In this document: piece by piece, positions 11,499 to 25,287 of the stretch | Numbering within the stretch: the stretch's first letter is position 1 | How the letters are laid out: each line of letters begins with the position of its first letter | Assembly (NCBI GenBank): GCA_028826165.1 | Contig: JAPDFW010000064.1 | Coordinates: 62,001 to 126,000 of the forward strand | Origin: Anaeramoeba ignava BMAN | Lineage: Eukaryota > Protista > Anaeramoebae | Direction of reading: 5' to 3' | Length of the DNA: 64,000 nucleotides | Notes under the pieces: model-generated | Database searches by the model: none | What the model was told of the DNA's origin: nothing | What the model saw: only the letters and a program-made list of their open reading frames with translations | Program-made: the position numbers and the translations under genes

Positions 11499-14400
11499 AT
11501 GGATTTAAAAGAAGAAATAATTAATTGGATGAGTCACGTTATTCAAGAAGAAATTTCTAAAAATATTATTCAATTCTCAATTCAACTTTGTTCTCTTATT
11601 AATTCAATTCAACCAAACACAATAAAAACGATTTCCAAGTAAATCTTTTTCGAATTTTAAATTGAATTTTAAATGAATTTTATAAATAAATTTTATAAAT
11701 GAATTTTAATTTTAAATGAATTTTAATTTTAAATCGAATTTTAATTTTATAAATGAATTTTAAAATGAATTTTAATTTTAATTTTAAATGAATTTTAATT
11801 CGAATTTTAATTTTATAAATGAATTTTAAAATGAATTTTAAATCGAATTTTAATTTTAATTTTAATTTTAAATCGAATTTTAATTTTAATTTTAATTTTA
11901 ATTTTAATTTTAATTTTAATTTTAAATGAATTTTATAAATAAATTTTAATTTTAATTTGAATTTTAATTTGAATTTTAATTTTAATTTTAATTTTAATTT
12001 TAATTTTAATTTTAATATTAATTTTAATATTAAATCGAATTTTATAAATGAATTTTATAAATCGAATTTTATAAATGAATTTTATAAATGAATTTTAGTT
12101 CTTCTTCTGAAAATTTAACTCAATTTATTAATGCATGCCAAAATCTTGGAATCAAAAACAACCAATTAATTACTTCCCAAGAAATTATTAATCAAGATGA
12201 AAAATTTTTTCAATTCATTTCCCTTTTAAAAAATTATTCAAATCAAAAAATCAAAAAACAAGAAAAAAAAATCAAAGAAGAAAAAACAATAACAAAAACA
12301 ATTATTTGGAGTATTTGCCCAATTAAAGACACTGAAATAAAGGGATTTGTTTTTATTATTTATCAACACAAAACAAGGAATATTTTTGTTTACTCAAGTC
12401 CACAATACGCAAGTATTTCAAAATCAAAAGAAATAGAAACTTCACTTCACAAAATAATCGAAGAAAAAGATCATTTTGATTCAAAACCAAATCATATTTC
12501 TTTTGATTCTTCAATTGATGCTTTTGTTCTGATTCGTTTTGAATCTTCTTATTTTATTGAATCAACAATTTCTTTCCAAAATTTAATTGATTCTAACAGC
12601 TCTTTTCTTTCACAAATCCAAACCTTATTTAACCCAAATCCACAATCAAAACCCAATATTTTTTTATCTTTAAAAAAATTGCTTGAGCAAAATTATCAAA
12701 ATACTAATGCTTTAAAAGAACTTCTTCTTTCTTTTGAAAAGAAAAATTTTTCATTAATTATTCCTGTCAAATTTGAAAAATTAACTTCTTCTTCATTAAA
12801 TCCAAAAATTATTCAAGTTCTTCTAATATTCAATTCTAAAAAATTCCAATTACAAAAAGAATCCAAAGATTCTCTTGTTTTTGAAGCTTCTATTTCTCAA
12901 ATTCAGAATGTTTGTAGATTAAATGATTTTTTTTTTCAATAATTTATTCATTTAATTTATTTTTATATTTGATTAGATTTCATTTGATCAAGAAAAAACT
13001 TTTTTACAAATTGAGGTTATGGATTCACATCAAAAAATTGTCCAATGCAAAATATTTACTGGAATCACATTATTTGGCATGATTTATCAAACTTTTAATT
13101 CTCTATTAGGTTATTAATCAAAAAACAAAACAATATTTTTATTAAATTTTCATTTAAAAAAAAAATAATTATATATATATATATTATATAGAAAAATCAA
13201 ATTCCGAAAAAAAAGAAAAAAAGGATTCTTTCCCTCTAATTTTTTCCAAGAAACAAGATCTATTTATTCATAAATCAAATTTGTTAAAAGGAAGATGGTC
13301 AAATCTTTTATCCAAAATTGATATGAATCAAAATCAAAATCAAAATCAAAATCAAGAAGATTTTCCAAATTCACTCAGTTTGGAAAATTTTATAGATTCG
13401 ACATCTTCAGAAATAAAATCAAATAAATGGAAAGATATTGTGATCAAACAATTTGGACAAAGTCAAATCACTGATTGTCGTCTTCATCTCGAAAATGAAA
13501 ATACTCATAAAAAAACACAACTTCCAGTTTTATTGCAATTTTTCCCAACATCTCTGCATATAATAATATTTGATTCCACAAAAATTGTGGTTCCTTTTAG
13601 CAAACAACTCGAAATTTTATTCAACAAATCAAAATATGAAATTGAATTTAAAACTCCATCAAAAAATATTGTTTTAACAACTTCCTCCTTATTAAATCTA
13701 TATTGTTTTGGCAAAACCTATCAATTAATCCAGAGATACAAAGGAAGTTCTGCAGAAAATTATGTAATTGATGGAGAAATTATGGGAACTGAAGAAGAAA
13801 TCAAAGCAATAACACTTCGGTGTTTCAACAAAGAACATGCAAATTTCCAAATCAAATTCAAAACTCTTTCAGCAGAAGAATATGATTTAGGAATCATTTC
13901 ATTAGCCAAAAGCCATTTTACGATTTTTTCTCAATCTCATCAATATCAAATGAATTGGAACGAGTTTGTCTTCAAATCTTCTGTTGATGATAAAGATTGT
14001 TTTGTGATTCAAATGGAATTTAAATTGGGACAGAAAACCAAAATATTACAAATGCAATCCACTTCACAAAACAATACAAAAATTTTGTATCAGTGTTTCG
14101 AACTATTTCAGCATGAAAGTACTGGACAGAATTTAGTTTTTTCAGTTCCCAAAATTGAAACTTCTGTGCTTATTCGGAATTTAGATTTGAATATTCCCAA
14201 AAAATATCGAATTCCGTTATCTTCTGATCGTTTAAGTTTAAATAAAGAAAAAACCAAATTGAAGATTAATGAAGATTTATCTGATTTGAAAATGTTGCCC
14301 TATCTCCAAATACAACAAAATTTCCTCAATTATCTCCCAACAGAATTTGTTTTCAAATTTGAAGAAATTAAATCAAAACCAAAATCAAAAATATTAAACA

Positions 14401-16431
14401 AATCCAAAAAGAAATCAAAATCAAAAATCAAACAATAAAAAATCAAAATCAAAATCAAAATCAAAATCAAATCTAAACACGAACAGCCAATCGAATAAAA
14501 TCTATAAAGCAACACAAAATATTCAGAAAAAATCTCTATATTATTACAATGAAAATGATTTTGATTCCGATGATTCTGTCAAAAAAGACACATTTCGAGC
14601 AATAGCATTAAATCAATATGGATATTCATCAGAATTTCTAACAATTGAATTTTTACCCACTTTTTTCAAGATCGCAACACCAACACATTTGATTGAGCGG
14701 AAATATTCTCTTTATTCACAAGTGATCATCTGCTCCGAATCAATCAATGATTGCTATTTTTTCATTGATGAAATTCATTTCTTAGTTTTGAGATTTCCAC
14801 AACATGAAAAATTATGGGAATTTTTTGAGAAATTCCAAGGATACTCAAAATCAGTAGGAAAAATACACGAATATCAATGCAAAATAAAAACAGCGTTTTC
14901 TTTGATTGATGTTGAATTTGAATTGAGACAAAATTCGTTCAGAATTATTGCCGATTCTGTTTATGTAGTTCGATATTCGCCAGATAATTCGATCAAAATT
15001 GACAATCAGAAGAAAATCGCAAACATTTTCATTTCAAGAACAAACTGGATTTCTCTTCATTTTCCGGAATTAGACCAACTCATTGAATTCACAAGCGATT
15101 TCAAGAAACTTCGAGATAACTTTATTGGGCATTTCTCAACAGATTCTCACATGAAAATAACAAAAATTTACAACCAATTTTCGAACCAAAAATGCAAAAT
15201 ATTCCAGACTTCTTATTCATTGACTTATCTTGAAAAACACCACCAATTCATTTCTGACCAAATTACAAATATTACACTGAAAAAAACAAAAAGTGGGAAT
15301 TTACTTGCAATTCTTTTTACTGGAACTTCTGATCTTTTTGTTGTCAGATTTCTCAATCAAGTTGAAAAAACAAATTTCGAAAATGATTTTGAATCGGCAA
15401 AACAAAAAGAATTGAAAAGATTAGCAAGTGAAAAAGAAGCTGTTCAAGAATTAAAACTAGAAAAAGAAATTGAGCAATTATCACAACCCGGAATTTATTC
15501 AAATTTTCAGACTGATTCAATAAACGATCACGATATTTTCTCAGCTTATTTAGTGGATAAAAATATGGAAATTCGATCTTTGATTCGTTTTCAATTTCAT
15601 GAAGAACATCTTTTGATCTTAACCCCAAATGCAAAATTCAATATCGATTATTCCTCTCAAAATTTATCTACTCAATTTGAACCACAATTACAAAATGCTT
15701 GTGAAATTTCTTTTGCAAATTTTTCGCCAATGAAACTTCTATTTGAAAACAATAAAATTATGACAAATTTTGTTTCTTTGTTAAAATCAAAGATCTCAAG
15801 TTCGCAGAAAAATAAATTTGATTCAACCAATTCAGCAAATGTTACAATTATTGATTCAAGTGAAGAAAAACCTATTCATGGAAAAATTGAAATTTATAAA
15901 GAAAATCAATCTTTTATTCTCAAAAATTCCTTTTACAAACGAGAATTTTCTTTTGAAAACTCAATTATTCAAGTTGAATCACAAGATTCAAATATTTGGA
16001 ATATTCACACTTTAAATCAAGAACAAATTAGTGTTGTTTTCCAAGAAGAAAATGCAAAAAACATTTTATTTAGAAAATTACAACATTTTTTTGTTGAAAA
16101 TCCAAATTCTCAAGATGGAAATGATTTTTTAAATTCTTCAGTTGATTTGGAATTTACAGTTGAAATTTTAACTAAAGAATTTCAACAAATTGAAGAAGCA
16201 AAATTGAAATTTTCAAAAGAATCAAAACTTGAAATTTTATTTTTTGGAAAACAATTAAAATTTGACAAGAAGAATTTAATAGTGAAAAAATATGCGAAAA
16301 GTAAATTTATAACATTTATTGAAGTTTTTGATTTTGGAATAATTTTATTCCAATTTCACAAAAAAGAAGAATTTGAAAGATTTTTATTATTATTTTCAAA
16401 AAAGAAAGAAGAAAAAAAAGAAATAAAATAA
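11499..16431 (+). CDS. Large protein with an N-terminal calponin-homology domain and multiple divergent PH-like modules; apparent frameshift at about 14370-14440
   Basis: MDLKEEIINWMSHVI..LCSLINSIQPNTI|SSENLTQFINACQNLGI is a CH domain. Introns at about 11639-12098, 12910-12976 and 13110-13191. The frame of the 14689 ORF extends upstream through NQNQNQNLNTNSQSNK to about 14441. Confidence 0.7.
11645..12098. repeat. Intronic 6/12-bp array (ATTTTA)n and (TTTTAAATGAAT)n
   Basis: Direct reading within intron 1 of the CH gene. Confidence 0.85.
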
Positions 16432-16568
16432 AAATAAAATAAAATAAAAATAATTTTTTACAAAAATGAGTAATTCAATTCCAACTTTATTTTAAATTTA
16501 TTTTTTTTTTCATTTTTTTTTTCATTTTTTTCTTTTCAATTTTTTTCTTTTTCTTTTCTTTCCTTAAT

Positions 16569-19500
16569 ATGAGTAGATACGATAGAGCCATTACAGTATT
16601 TTCTCCTGATGGACATTTATTCCAAGTTGAATATGCGTTGGAAGCTGTTAAAAAAGGAACTACAGCAGTGGGAATTCGTGGGAAAGATGTTGTAGTTATT
16701 GGTATTGAGAAAAAGACTACAGCTAAACTACAAGACCCTCGAACCGTGAGAAAGGTTGTTCATCTTGATGAACATATTTGTGTTGCATTCGCAGGTTTGA
16801 ATGCTGATGCAAGAATATTGATAGAAAGAGCTCAACTTGAATGCCAAAGACATAGACTTTCTGTTGAAGATCCAATTAGTGTTGAATCTATTACTCGTTA
16901 TATTGCTCAAGTTCAACAGGTTTTTTATTTTATAAACAAATTTATAATTAAATATATAAATAAATTTATAAACAAATTTATAAATAAATATATAAATAAA
17001 TATATAAATAAATATATAAATAAATATATAAATAAATATATAAATATATAAATAAATATATAAATAAATAAATAAATAAATATATATATAAATTTTGAAA
17101 TAAATATATAAATAATTATATAAATAATTATATAAATAAATATATAAATAAATATATAAATAAATATATAAATAAATATATAAAATAAATAACAAATATA
17201 AATAAATTTTGAAATAAATAAATATATAAATAAATATATAAAACCTGAAATAAATAAAAAATAAATAAATAAATAAAAAATGAAATAAATATATAAATAA
17301 ATAACAAAAATAAATAAATAAACAAAATATATAAATAAATAAACATATAAACAAAAAAACAAATAAAAAATATATAAATAAATATATAAATAAATATATA
17401 AATAAAATAAATAAACAAAATATAAAAAAATAAAATAAAAAACAAAATAATATAAACAAAAAACATATAAAAAAACATATAAATAACATATAAAACAAAA
17501 ATATATAAATAAACAAATAAAAAATAAAAAAAACAAAATAAAACATAAACAAAAATAAATACAAACAAATAAAATAAAAAAATAAATAAAATAAATATAA
17601 AATATAACAAATAAAAAATATAAATAAACATATAAATAAAAAAATAAAATAAAATACATAAAAGCAAAAATATAAATAAATAAACAATATATAAAAAAAA
17701 TAAAACAAACAAATATAAATAAAAATAAACAAAAATAAAATAAACATACAAAAAAATAAACAACAAAAAAAAATATGAAAATAAACAAAAAATAAATAAA
17801 TATAAATAAAACAAACAAATAAATAAAATAAATGAAAACAAACATATAAATAAAATATAAACAAAAAATAAACAAAATAAAAAACAAATGTAAAATAAAT
17901 AAACAAATAAAAAAAATAAATAAAAATATAAAAAAATATTTTGAAAATATATAAACAAAACAAAATACAAAATAAAAAATAAACAAAAATATAAATAAAA
18001 AAAATAAACAACAAATAAATAAAATAAACAACAAAAAATACATAAAAAATAAAAAAAAAAATAAAACAAATATAAATAAACAATATAAATAAACAAAATA
18101 AAAAATAAATAAACAATAAAATAAATAAACAAAAATATAAATAAAATAATAAACAAAAATGAAAATAAATATATAAAAACAAAAAAAAAAATATAAACAA
18201 AAACAAACAAACAATAAATAAACAAACAAAATAAAAACAAATAAACAAATAAATATACAAATAAATATAAAAACAAATAAATAAACAAATAAAAAAAAAT
18301 AAACAAATAAACAAATAAATAAAATAAATAAAAAATATAATAAACAAATAAATATAAAAACAAACAAAAAAATAAAATATAGCATACAAAAAATAAACAA
18401 AATAAATATAAACAAATATATAAACAACAAAAATAAAATAAATAAACAAATAAATAAATAAATATATAAAAATAAACAAAAAAAATGGAAAAAATAAATA
18501 AATAAACAAAATAAATAACAAAAAATAAACATAAAAAATAAATAAACAAACAAAATAAACAAACAAACAAAATAAATAAATAAAATATATAAACAAAAAA
18601 TAAATAAACAAATAAAAAATAAATAAAATAAATAAATAAATAAACAAATAAAAATATAAAACAAAAAAAACATATATAAAATAACATAAATAAATAAACA
18701 AATAACAAATATAAATAAATAAACAAATAAATAAATATATAAACAAAAATATATAAATAAAATATAAAAACATATAATAAAAATATATAAAAAAAACATA
18801 TAAATAAAATATATAAACAAATAAACAAACATAAATATAAAACAAAAAAAATAAACAAAATAAAAAAACATATGAAAACAAAATATAACAAAAAACATAT
18901 ATAAAAAAATATAAATAAACAAAATATAAACAAATATAAATAAAAAAATAACAAATAAAATAACAACATAAAAACAAACATATAAACAAAATAATAAATA
19001 AACATATATAAAACAAAAAAAAATACATAAATAAATAAATAAATAAATATATAAATAAAAAATACAAATAAATATATAAAAAACATATAAATAAAATAAA
19101 CAAACATAAAACAAAACAAACAACAAAAAATATTAAAACATAAACAAAATAAAAATATATAAATAAACAAAAAAAAAAACATAAACAAATACATAAATAA
19201 CAAAATATATAAAAAAAACATATAACAAAATACATAAATAAAATAAAATAAAAACAAATAAATAAAAAAAAATAAATAAAAATAAACAAAATAAATATAT
19301 ACAACAAACATATATAAAAAATAAAATAAAAAAATATATAAATATAAACAAATAAACAACAAATAAAACAAATAAATAAACAATATAAATAAATATAAAC
19401 AAAAAAAACAAAATAAATAAATAAATAAATAAACAACAAATAAATTATATAAATAAAAAACAATAAACAAATAAACAAAAAACAACAAAATAAAAACAAA

Positions 19501-21896
19501 TAACAACAAATAAAATAAATAAAAATAAACAAATACATAAACAACATATAAATAAACATAAAAAAAATATACAAATAAATATATAAATAAATAACATATA
19601 AAATATACAAACAAAATATAAAACAACATATAAACAAATAACAACATAAATATATATAAAATAAATATATAAAATTTTAAAAAATAAACAAAAAATATAT
19701 ACAACAAAATATAAACAAATACATAAATAAATATATACAAAAAACAAATATATAAAATAAATATAAATAAAAATAAATAAATAAAAAACAAATAAAAAAA
19801 ATATATAAATAAATATATAAAAAAATATATAAATAAATATATAAAAAATATAAATAAAAAAAATATATAAATAAACATATAAATAAATATAAAACAAATA
19901 TATATACAAAACAAAAATAAAAAAAATACAAAATATAAAATAAATAATAAATAAAATATAAATAATATAAACAAAATATGTAAAATATAACAAAATATAT
20001 AAATAAATATATAAATAAATATACATAAATAAATATATAAATAAATATAAATAAATATATAAAATAAATATATTTATATAAATAAATATATAAATATTTA
20101 TATAAATAAATAATTAAATATATAAATAAATATATAAATAATTAAATATATAAATATATAAATAAATATATAAATAATTATATAAATAAATATATAAATA
20201 AATATATAAATAAATATATAAATAAATAATTAAATAAATATATAAATAAATATATATAGTTGTGTCAAAAAACCGGGTCAGTGTCAAAAACCCGAGTCAA
20301 AAGAAAAATAAAAAAAATTTTGGTTTTTTTTTTTAATCATGATTTTTATTGAATAAAGTTTTTTTAGATTTATAGTTTTTCTTCTTTCTCTTTTTTCTTT
20401 TTGTTTTTGGTTTCTTTTTTTCATATTCTTCAACTTTTTCCAACATTTCTTGACTAGTCAAGATTTTTCCATTAATATCCAATCTCTTTCTCTGTTTCTT
20501 TAATTTCTCCTGTCCCGCAGGTTTCAAAACAATATTCTCATTTCCTAACACTTTGGTGGGATCAAATGGATAGATTCCCGCTTTATTGAATCCAGAATAT
20601 ATTTTTTTGATTGTCGCAGATGATTGAAAGGCATCATAAACATCAAGGAATGAAAGAATATTAGAAGATAGCTTTCCTCTTCTCCTTAGATACTTTTTAA
20701 ATGTACCAAAGACACTCAAATCTAATGGTTGAAGAAAATGACTTGAATGGGCAGGAAGTACAAAAAGTTCAATTTGGTTCTTCATGAAGTCTTTAATCAC
20801 TTCCTGAACCAACCCTTGAATTGTGGCCATCAAGAATAAGCAATGTCTTCTCTTCTTTTGTTTTTTTATTGAGCTGAACATAAGGTATGAAAATTTCGAT
20901 CGCCCATTTTGTGAAAATTTCTTGTGTAATCCAACCAGAAGGTGCATGGACAAAACTGAAAGGAGGAACCAATTCCTCTCAGGAGTTTCTTCAATTACAA
21001 TTGATTGCATAGGTATAATCACTAATGGATCCAGAGATTTTCCAGCAGCATTGACACAAACAACTAAAGTTGTATGGAAATTTTCAATTTTGGGGAGAGT
21101 AACAGAAGGTTGGTAAAAGAACTTTTTGTCAAAACGACAAATTTTTGCAAATCTTTACTCTTTGTTTATCATGGTCTCATCCATATTAAATATTTGATGA
21201 GGAAAAAAATTATTTTCCTGAAACAAGTCACCCAGCCGATCAAAAAAGGATTTAACCTCATCAACAGATACTTGGGAACGAGCTCTTTCTAAAACTTGGG
21301 GTAATTTTATTATAATATCATTTTGGTTGGCAAAATTGTAAACCCACCCTCTTGAATTAATATGTGGTTTTTCCATAAAATCCAATTCAATTGATGGTTT
21401 TTCATCAAAAAAGTGTTCATTAATCCATTCTAGAACCTCATTTATATTGAGTGACTTTCCTTTTTCTGCTGAATGAACAATTTTTTCTTTGAGCTCTTTT
21501 TTTTGTTCATCACTCAACACAGGTGGCCGACCCTTCCTTCCTACTTCTCTGCCTTGTTTCAAAGCTGTAAGAGCTCTTTGAAGAGCTGACAGAGAAATGC
21601 CAAAAAACTCACAGATACTTCTCTGTGAGATTGGCTCTTTTTCTGTCTGCCCAATCAAATACACTTTTGCAGCCTTCTCAGTAACTGAAGAGATATTGCG
21701 AATTTCAGAAAAATGAGAGATTAAACGAATTCTTTTATTAATATCAATTTTTTCTTCTTCTAACATATGAAAAAATAAAAAATGAAAAAAAAATAAAAAA
21801 AATTTTGACTCGGTTTTTTGACACTGACCCGGTTTTTTGACACAACTATATATAAATATATAAATAAATTTATAAATAAATATATAAATAAATATA

Positions 21897-21971
<75 letters not shown>

Positions 21972-22090
21972 ATATAAAAAATAAATAAATAAATAAATAA
22001 AATAAACAAATAAAATAAAATAAAAAAAATAAATAAATAAACAAATAAATAAAAATAAATAAATAAAAAACAAATAAATAAATAAACAAA

Positions 22091-22121
<31 letters not shown>

Positions 22122-22895
22122 AATAAATAAAATAAACAAAATAAATAAATAAAATAAATAAATAAAATAAATAAAACAAATATAAATAAATAAATAAATA
22201 AAAATAAATATAAAAAATAAAAAAAATATATAAATAAACAATATATAAATAAATATATAATTAAATATATATAATTAAATATATAAATTAAATAAATAAA
22301 TAAAATATATATAAATAAATATATAAAAAATATATATAAATAAATATATAAATAAATATATAAATAAATATATAAATAAATATATAAATAAATATATAAA
22401 TAAATATATAAATAAATATATAAATAAATATATAAATTAATATATAAATAAATATATAAACAAATATATAAATAAATAATTAATTAAATATATAAATAAT
22501 TAATTAAATATATATAGAGATATACACAAAGTGGAGGAGTAAGACCATTTGGAATATCAACATTAATAGCAGGATTTAATTCTGATGGAAAACCAAAACT
22601 TTATCAAACGGATCCAAGTGGATCATTTTCATCTTGGAAAGCAAATTCAATTGGAAGAAATGAAAAACCAGTTCGAGAATTTTTAGAAAAGAATTACAAA
22701 GAAGTAGATGAAGAAGAAGCAGTTAAATTAGCTGTTATGGCTTTAGTTGAAGTTGTTGAATCAGGAAAAAAAAATATTGATATCGGTGTTTTAAGAAATG
22801 GAAAACAAATTGAATTTTTAGAAAGAAACAAAATTGCTGATTTGGTTAAAGAAATTGAAGCAGAGAAGAAAAAAAAAGAAGAAGATAATTTCTAA
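16569..22895 (+). CDS. PSMA7: 20S proteasome subunit alpha-4 (exons 16569-16919 and 22518-22895; 5.6-kb intron)
   Basis: [27 protein letters not shown]...IAQVQQ|[20 protein letters not shown]...[16 protein letters not shown] is the PSMA7/PRE6 signature. Confidence 0.97.
16925..20256. repeat. PSMA7 intron array: (TATATAAATAAA)n at the edges, degenerate and nearly G-free A/T/C sequence in the interior
   Basis: Clean 12-mers at about 16980-17180 and 20000-20250. The interior is irregular and A-rich with frequent C. Confidence 0.85.
20259..21846 (-). mobile_element. pogo/Fot-like (Tc1/mariner-related) DNA transposon, about 1.59 kb, with 44-bp TIRs, inserted at a TA site in the PSMA7 intron array
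   Basis: Left TIR 20259-20302 is GTTGTGTCAAAAAACCGGGTCAGTGTCAAAAACCCGAGTCAAAA. Right TIR 21803-21846 is its reverse complement with 1 mismatch. (TA)4 flanks both ends. The interior encodes an HTH + DDD transposase. Confidence 0.95.
20333..21766 (-). pseudogene. DD35D pogo/Fot-type transposase, interrupted as assembled by one in-frame stop and two compensating frameshifts
   Basis: HTH ([22 protein letters not shown]) and IFNMDET. TAA at 21155-21157. Then [26 protein letters not shown] and [10 protein letters not shown] lie in another frame (about 20815-20980), followed by [13 protein letters not shown]. Confidence 0.88.
21848..22515. repeat. Remainder of the PSMA7 intron array: (TAAA)n and (TATATAAATAAA)n
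   Basis: Direct reading. AG acceptor at 22516-22517. Confidence 0.9.
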
Positions 22896-23138
22896 ATTCT
22901 CTTTTTGTTTTTATTCTTCTTTTTCTTTTTTTCTTCTTTTACTTTTTTTTTCTTTTACTTTTTTTACTTCAAACAAAAAGAATAAAAAAAACATTTTTCT
23001 CTTTCAAGTTTCTTTTTTGAAATTTTGGAAATTTTTAAATAAAAAAAAGTGGAATGAAAAATTTATTATAAAAAGATAAAGATTTTTATTAAAAAAAAAA
23101 GACATAAAAAATTAATTTAAAAAATTAAATTAAAAATT

Positions 23139-25287
23139 TCAATTTTTATCAACTTTTTTCTTTGAATTTTTTTCTTTTGAAGATAGATAACGAAAAGGAA
23201 AAAGTGATAAAGTTAAAAATAAAGTAAACCAAAGAACAATTGTAATAAATAAAGAAGCATAATTATATACATCCCAAATTGAAAGAATGAAACTAATTTA
23301 AATTAAATTAAATATTAAATAGAATTAAATTGAATATTGAATATTGAAAATTAAATTGAATATTAAATTGAATTGAATTGAATTGAATTAAATTGAATTA
23401 AATTAGATAAATTAAATTGAATATTAAATAAATTAGATATTGAATTGAATTAAATTGAATTAAATTGAATATTAAATTGAATTAAATTGAATATTAAATT
23501 GAATTAAATTGAATTAAATTGAATATTAAATTGAATTAAATTGAATTAAATTGAATTGAATTGAATTGAATATTAAATTGAATTAAATTGAATTAAATTG
23601 AATATTAAATATTGAATTAAATTAGATATTGAATTGAATTGAATTAAATTAAATTAAATTAAATTAAAATTGAATTGAATTGAATTGAATTGAATTGAAT
23701 TAAATTGAATATTAAATTGGAATTAAAATTGAATTAAATTGAATATTAAATTGAATTAAATGAATATTAAATTGGAATTGATTAAATTAAATGAATTGAA
23801 TTGAATTGAATATTAATTAAATTGAATATTGATTTAAATTAAATTAAATTAAATTTTGAATTAAATTGAAAATTAAAAAATTGAATTGGAAATTGGAATT
23901 AAATTGGAATTAAAAATTGGAATGAATTGGAATTAAAATTAAATTGATTTGAATTAAAATAGAAAATTAAATTGAAAAATTAAATTAAATATTAAATTAA
24001 ATTAAATTGAATTAAATATTGAATTGAATTAAATAAATTAAATTGAAATTAAATTTGAATTCAAATTGAAAATTAAATTGAATGGAATTTGGAAATTGAA
24101 ATTGAATTGAATTGAATTAAATTGAATTAAATTGAATTAAATTAAATTGGAATATTAAAATTGAATTAAATATTGAATTAAATTAGATATTGAATTGAAT
24201 TAAATTAAATTAAATTAAAATTAAATTTAAATTGAATATTGAATTGAAATTGAATTGGAATTGAATTAAAAATTGGAATTAAAATTGAATATTAAAATTA
24301 GATATTGAATTAAATTAAATATTAAATTGAATTGAATATTAAAATTAAAATATTAAATAAATATTAAATTAAATTAAATATTAAATTAAATTAAATTTGA
24401 ATTGAATTAAATTTGGAATTAAATTGAATTAAAATTGAATATTAAATTGAATTGAATTGAATTAAAATTGAATTGAATTAAATTGAATTGGAATTAAATT
24501 GAATTAAATTGAATATAAAATTAAAAAAATTAAATGAATTAAATATTAAATTAAATGAATTAAAATTGAAAATTAAATTAAAATTGATTAAATAATGAAT
24601 TGAATTGAATTCAAAAATTGAATGATTAATTAAATTAAATTTGAATATTAAATTAAATATTAAATTAAATTGAATATTAAATTAAATTGAATTAAATATT
24701 AAATTGAATTGAATTAAATTGAATTGAATTAAATTGAATTAAATTAGATATTGAATTAAATTGAATTAAATTGAATTAAATTGAATTAAATTGAATATTA
24801 AATTGAATTGAATTGAATTGAATTAAATTGAATTAGATATTAAATTAAATATTAAATTGAATTGAATTAAACTGAATTAAATTGAATTGAAAATTAAATT
24901 AAATATTAAATAATGAATTAATTTAAATTAAATAAAAATAAAAATTAAATACAATGGAGCTGATAAAATTGCAGATCCAGTTGTTAATTTTATTTGAAAA
25001 CCATATTTTTCAAATAAAGAAGTGTGATTTTTCCAATTAATCTTTTTTTGATTAACAAAAGGAACATAAAAAATTAAATAAAAAAAATTTATAAAGAAGA
25101 TTAAAAGACATAATAATGAAATCGAAAGACATAAAATCGAAAATTGAGTTTGTTTTTGTTTTAAAGTTTTGCATAAATCCCATTTTTTAAAAATATAAAT
25201 TGTTAAAATCCAGAAAGAAATTATAATATAAATTTTTGGTTTTTTATAAATTGATTTTTTATTTTGATTTTGATTTTGATTTTTCAT
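23139..25287 (-). CDS. TMEM128: TMEM128-like four-TM membrane protein (exons 24953-25287 and 23139-23292)
   Basis: Spliced ...FYLIFYVP..KYGFQIKLTTGSAILSAPF|FILSIWDVYNYASLFITIVLWFTLFLTLSLF resembles the TMEM128 C-terminal pattern (IPITTAS..FNIALWHVWSFFT). Exon 2 is absent from the ORF track. Confidence 0.7.
23295..24945. repeat. Intronic array of 5/10/12-bp units (GAATT, GAATTAAATT, GAATATTAAATT)
   Basis: Intron 23293-24952. Regular at the edges and irregular in the middle. Confidence 0.88.

Noticed and set aside
16728-20026. Three 700-970-aa hydrophobic ORFs on the minus strand (F/I/Y/L/C-rich)
   Set aside because: They are stop-free translations of a strand-biased low-complexity intron tract, open in all frames with no domain signal.
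21155-21157. In-frame TAA as evidence of stop-codon reassignment
   Set aside because: Conserved host genes (COMMD2, PSMA7, FNTB) terminate at TAA and have no internal stops, so the standard code applies.
21767-22009. N-terminal extension of the transposase ORF
   Set aside because: It runs through the TIR into flanking host repeat. The likely start is ATG 21766.
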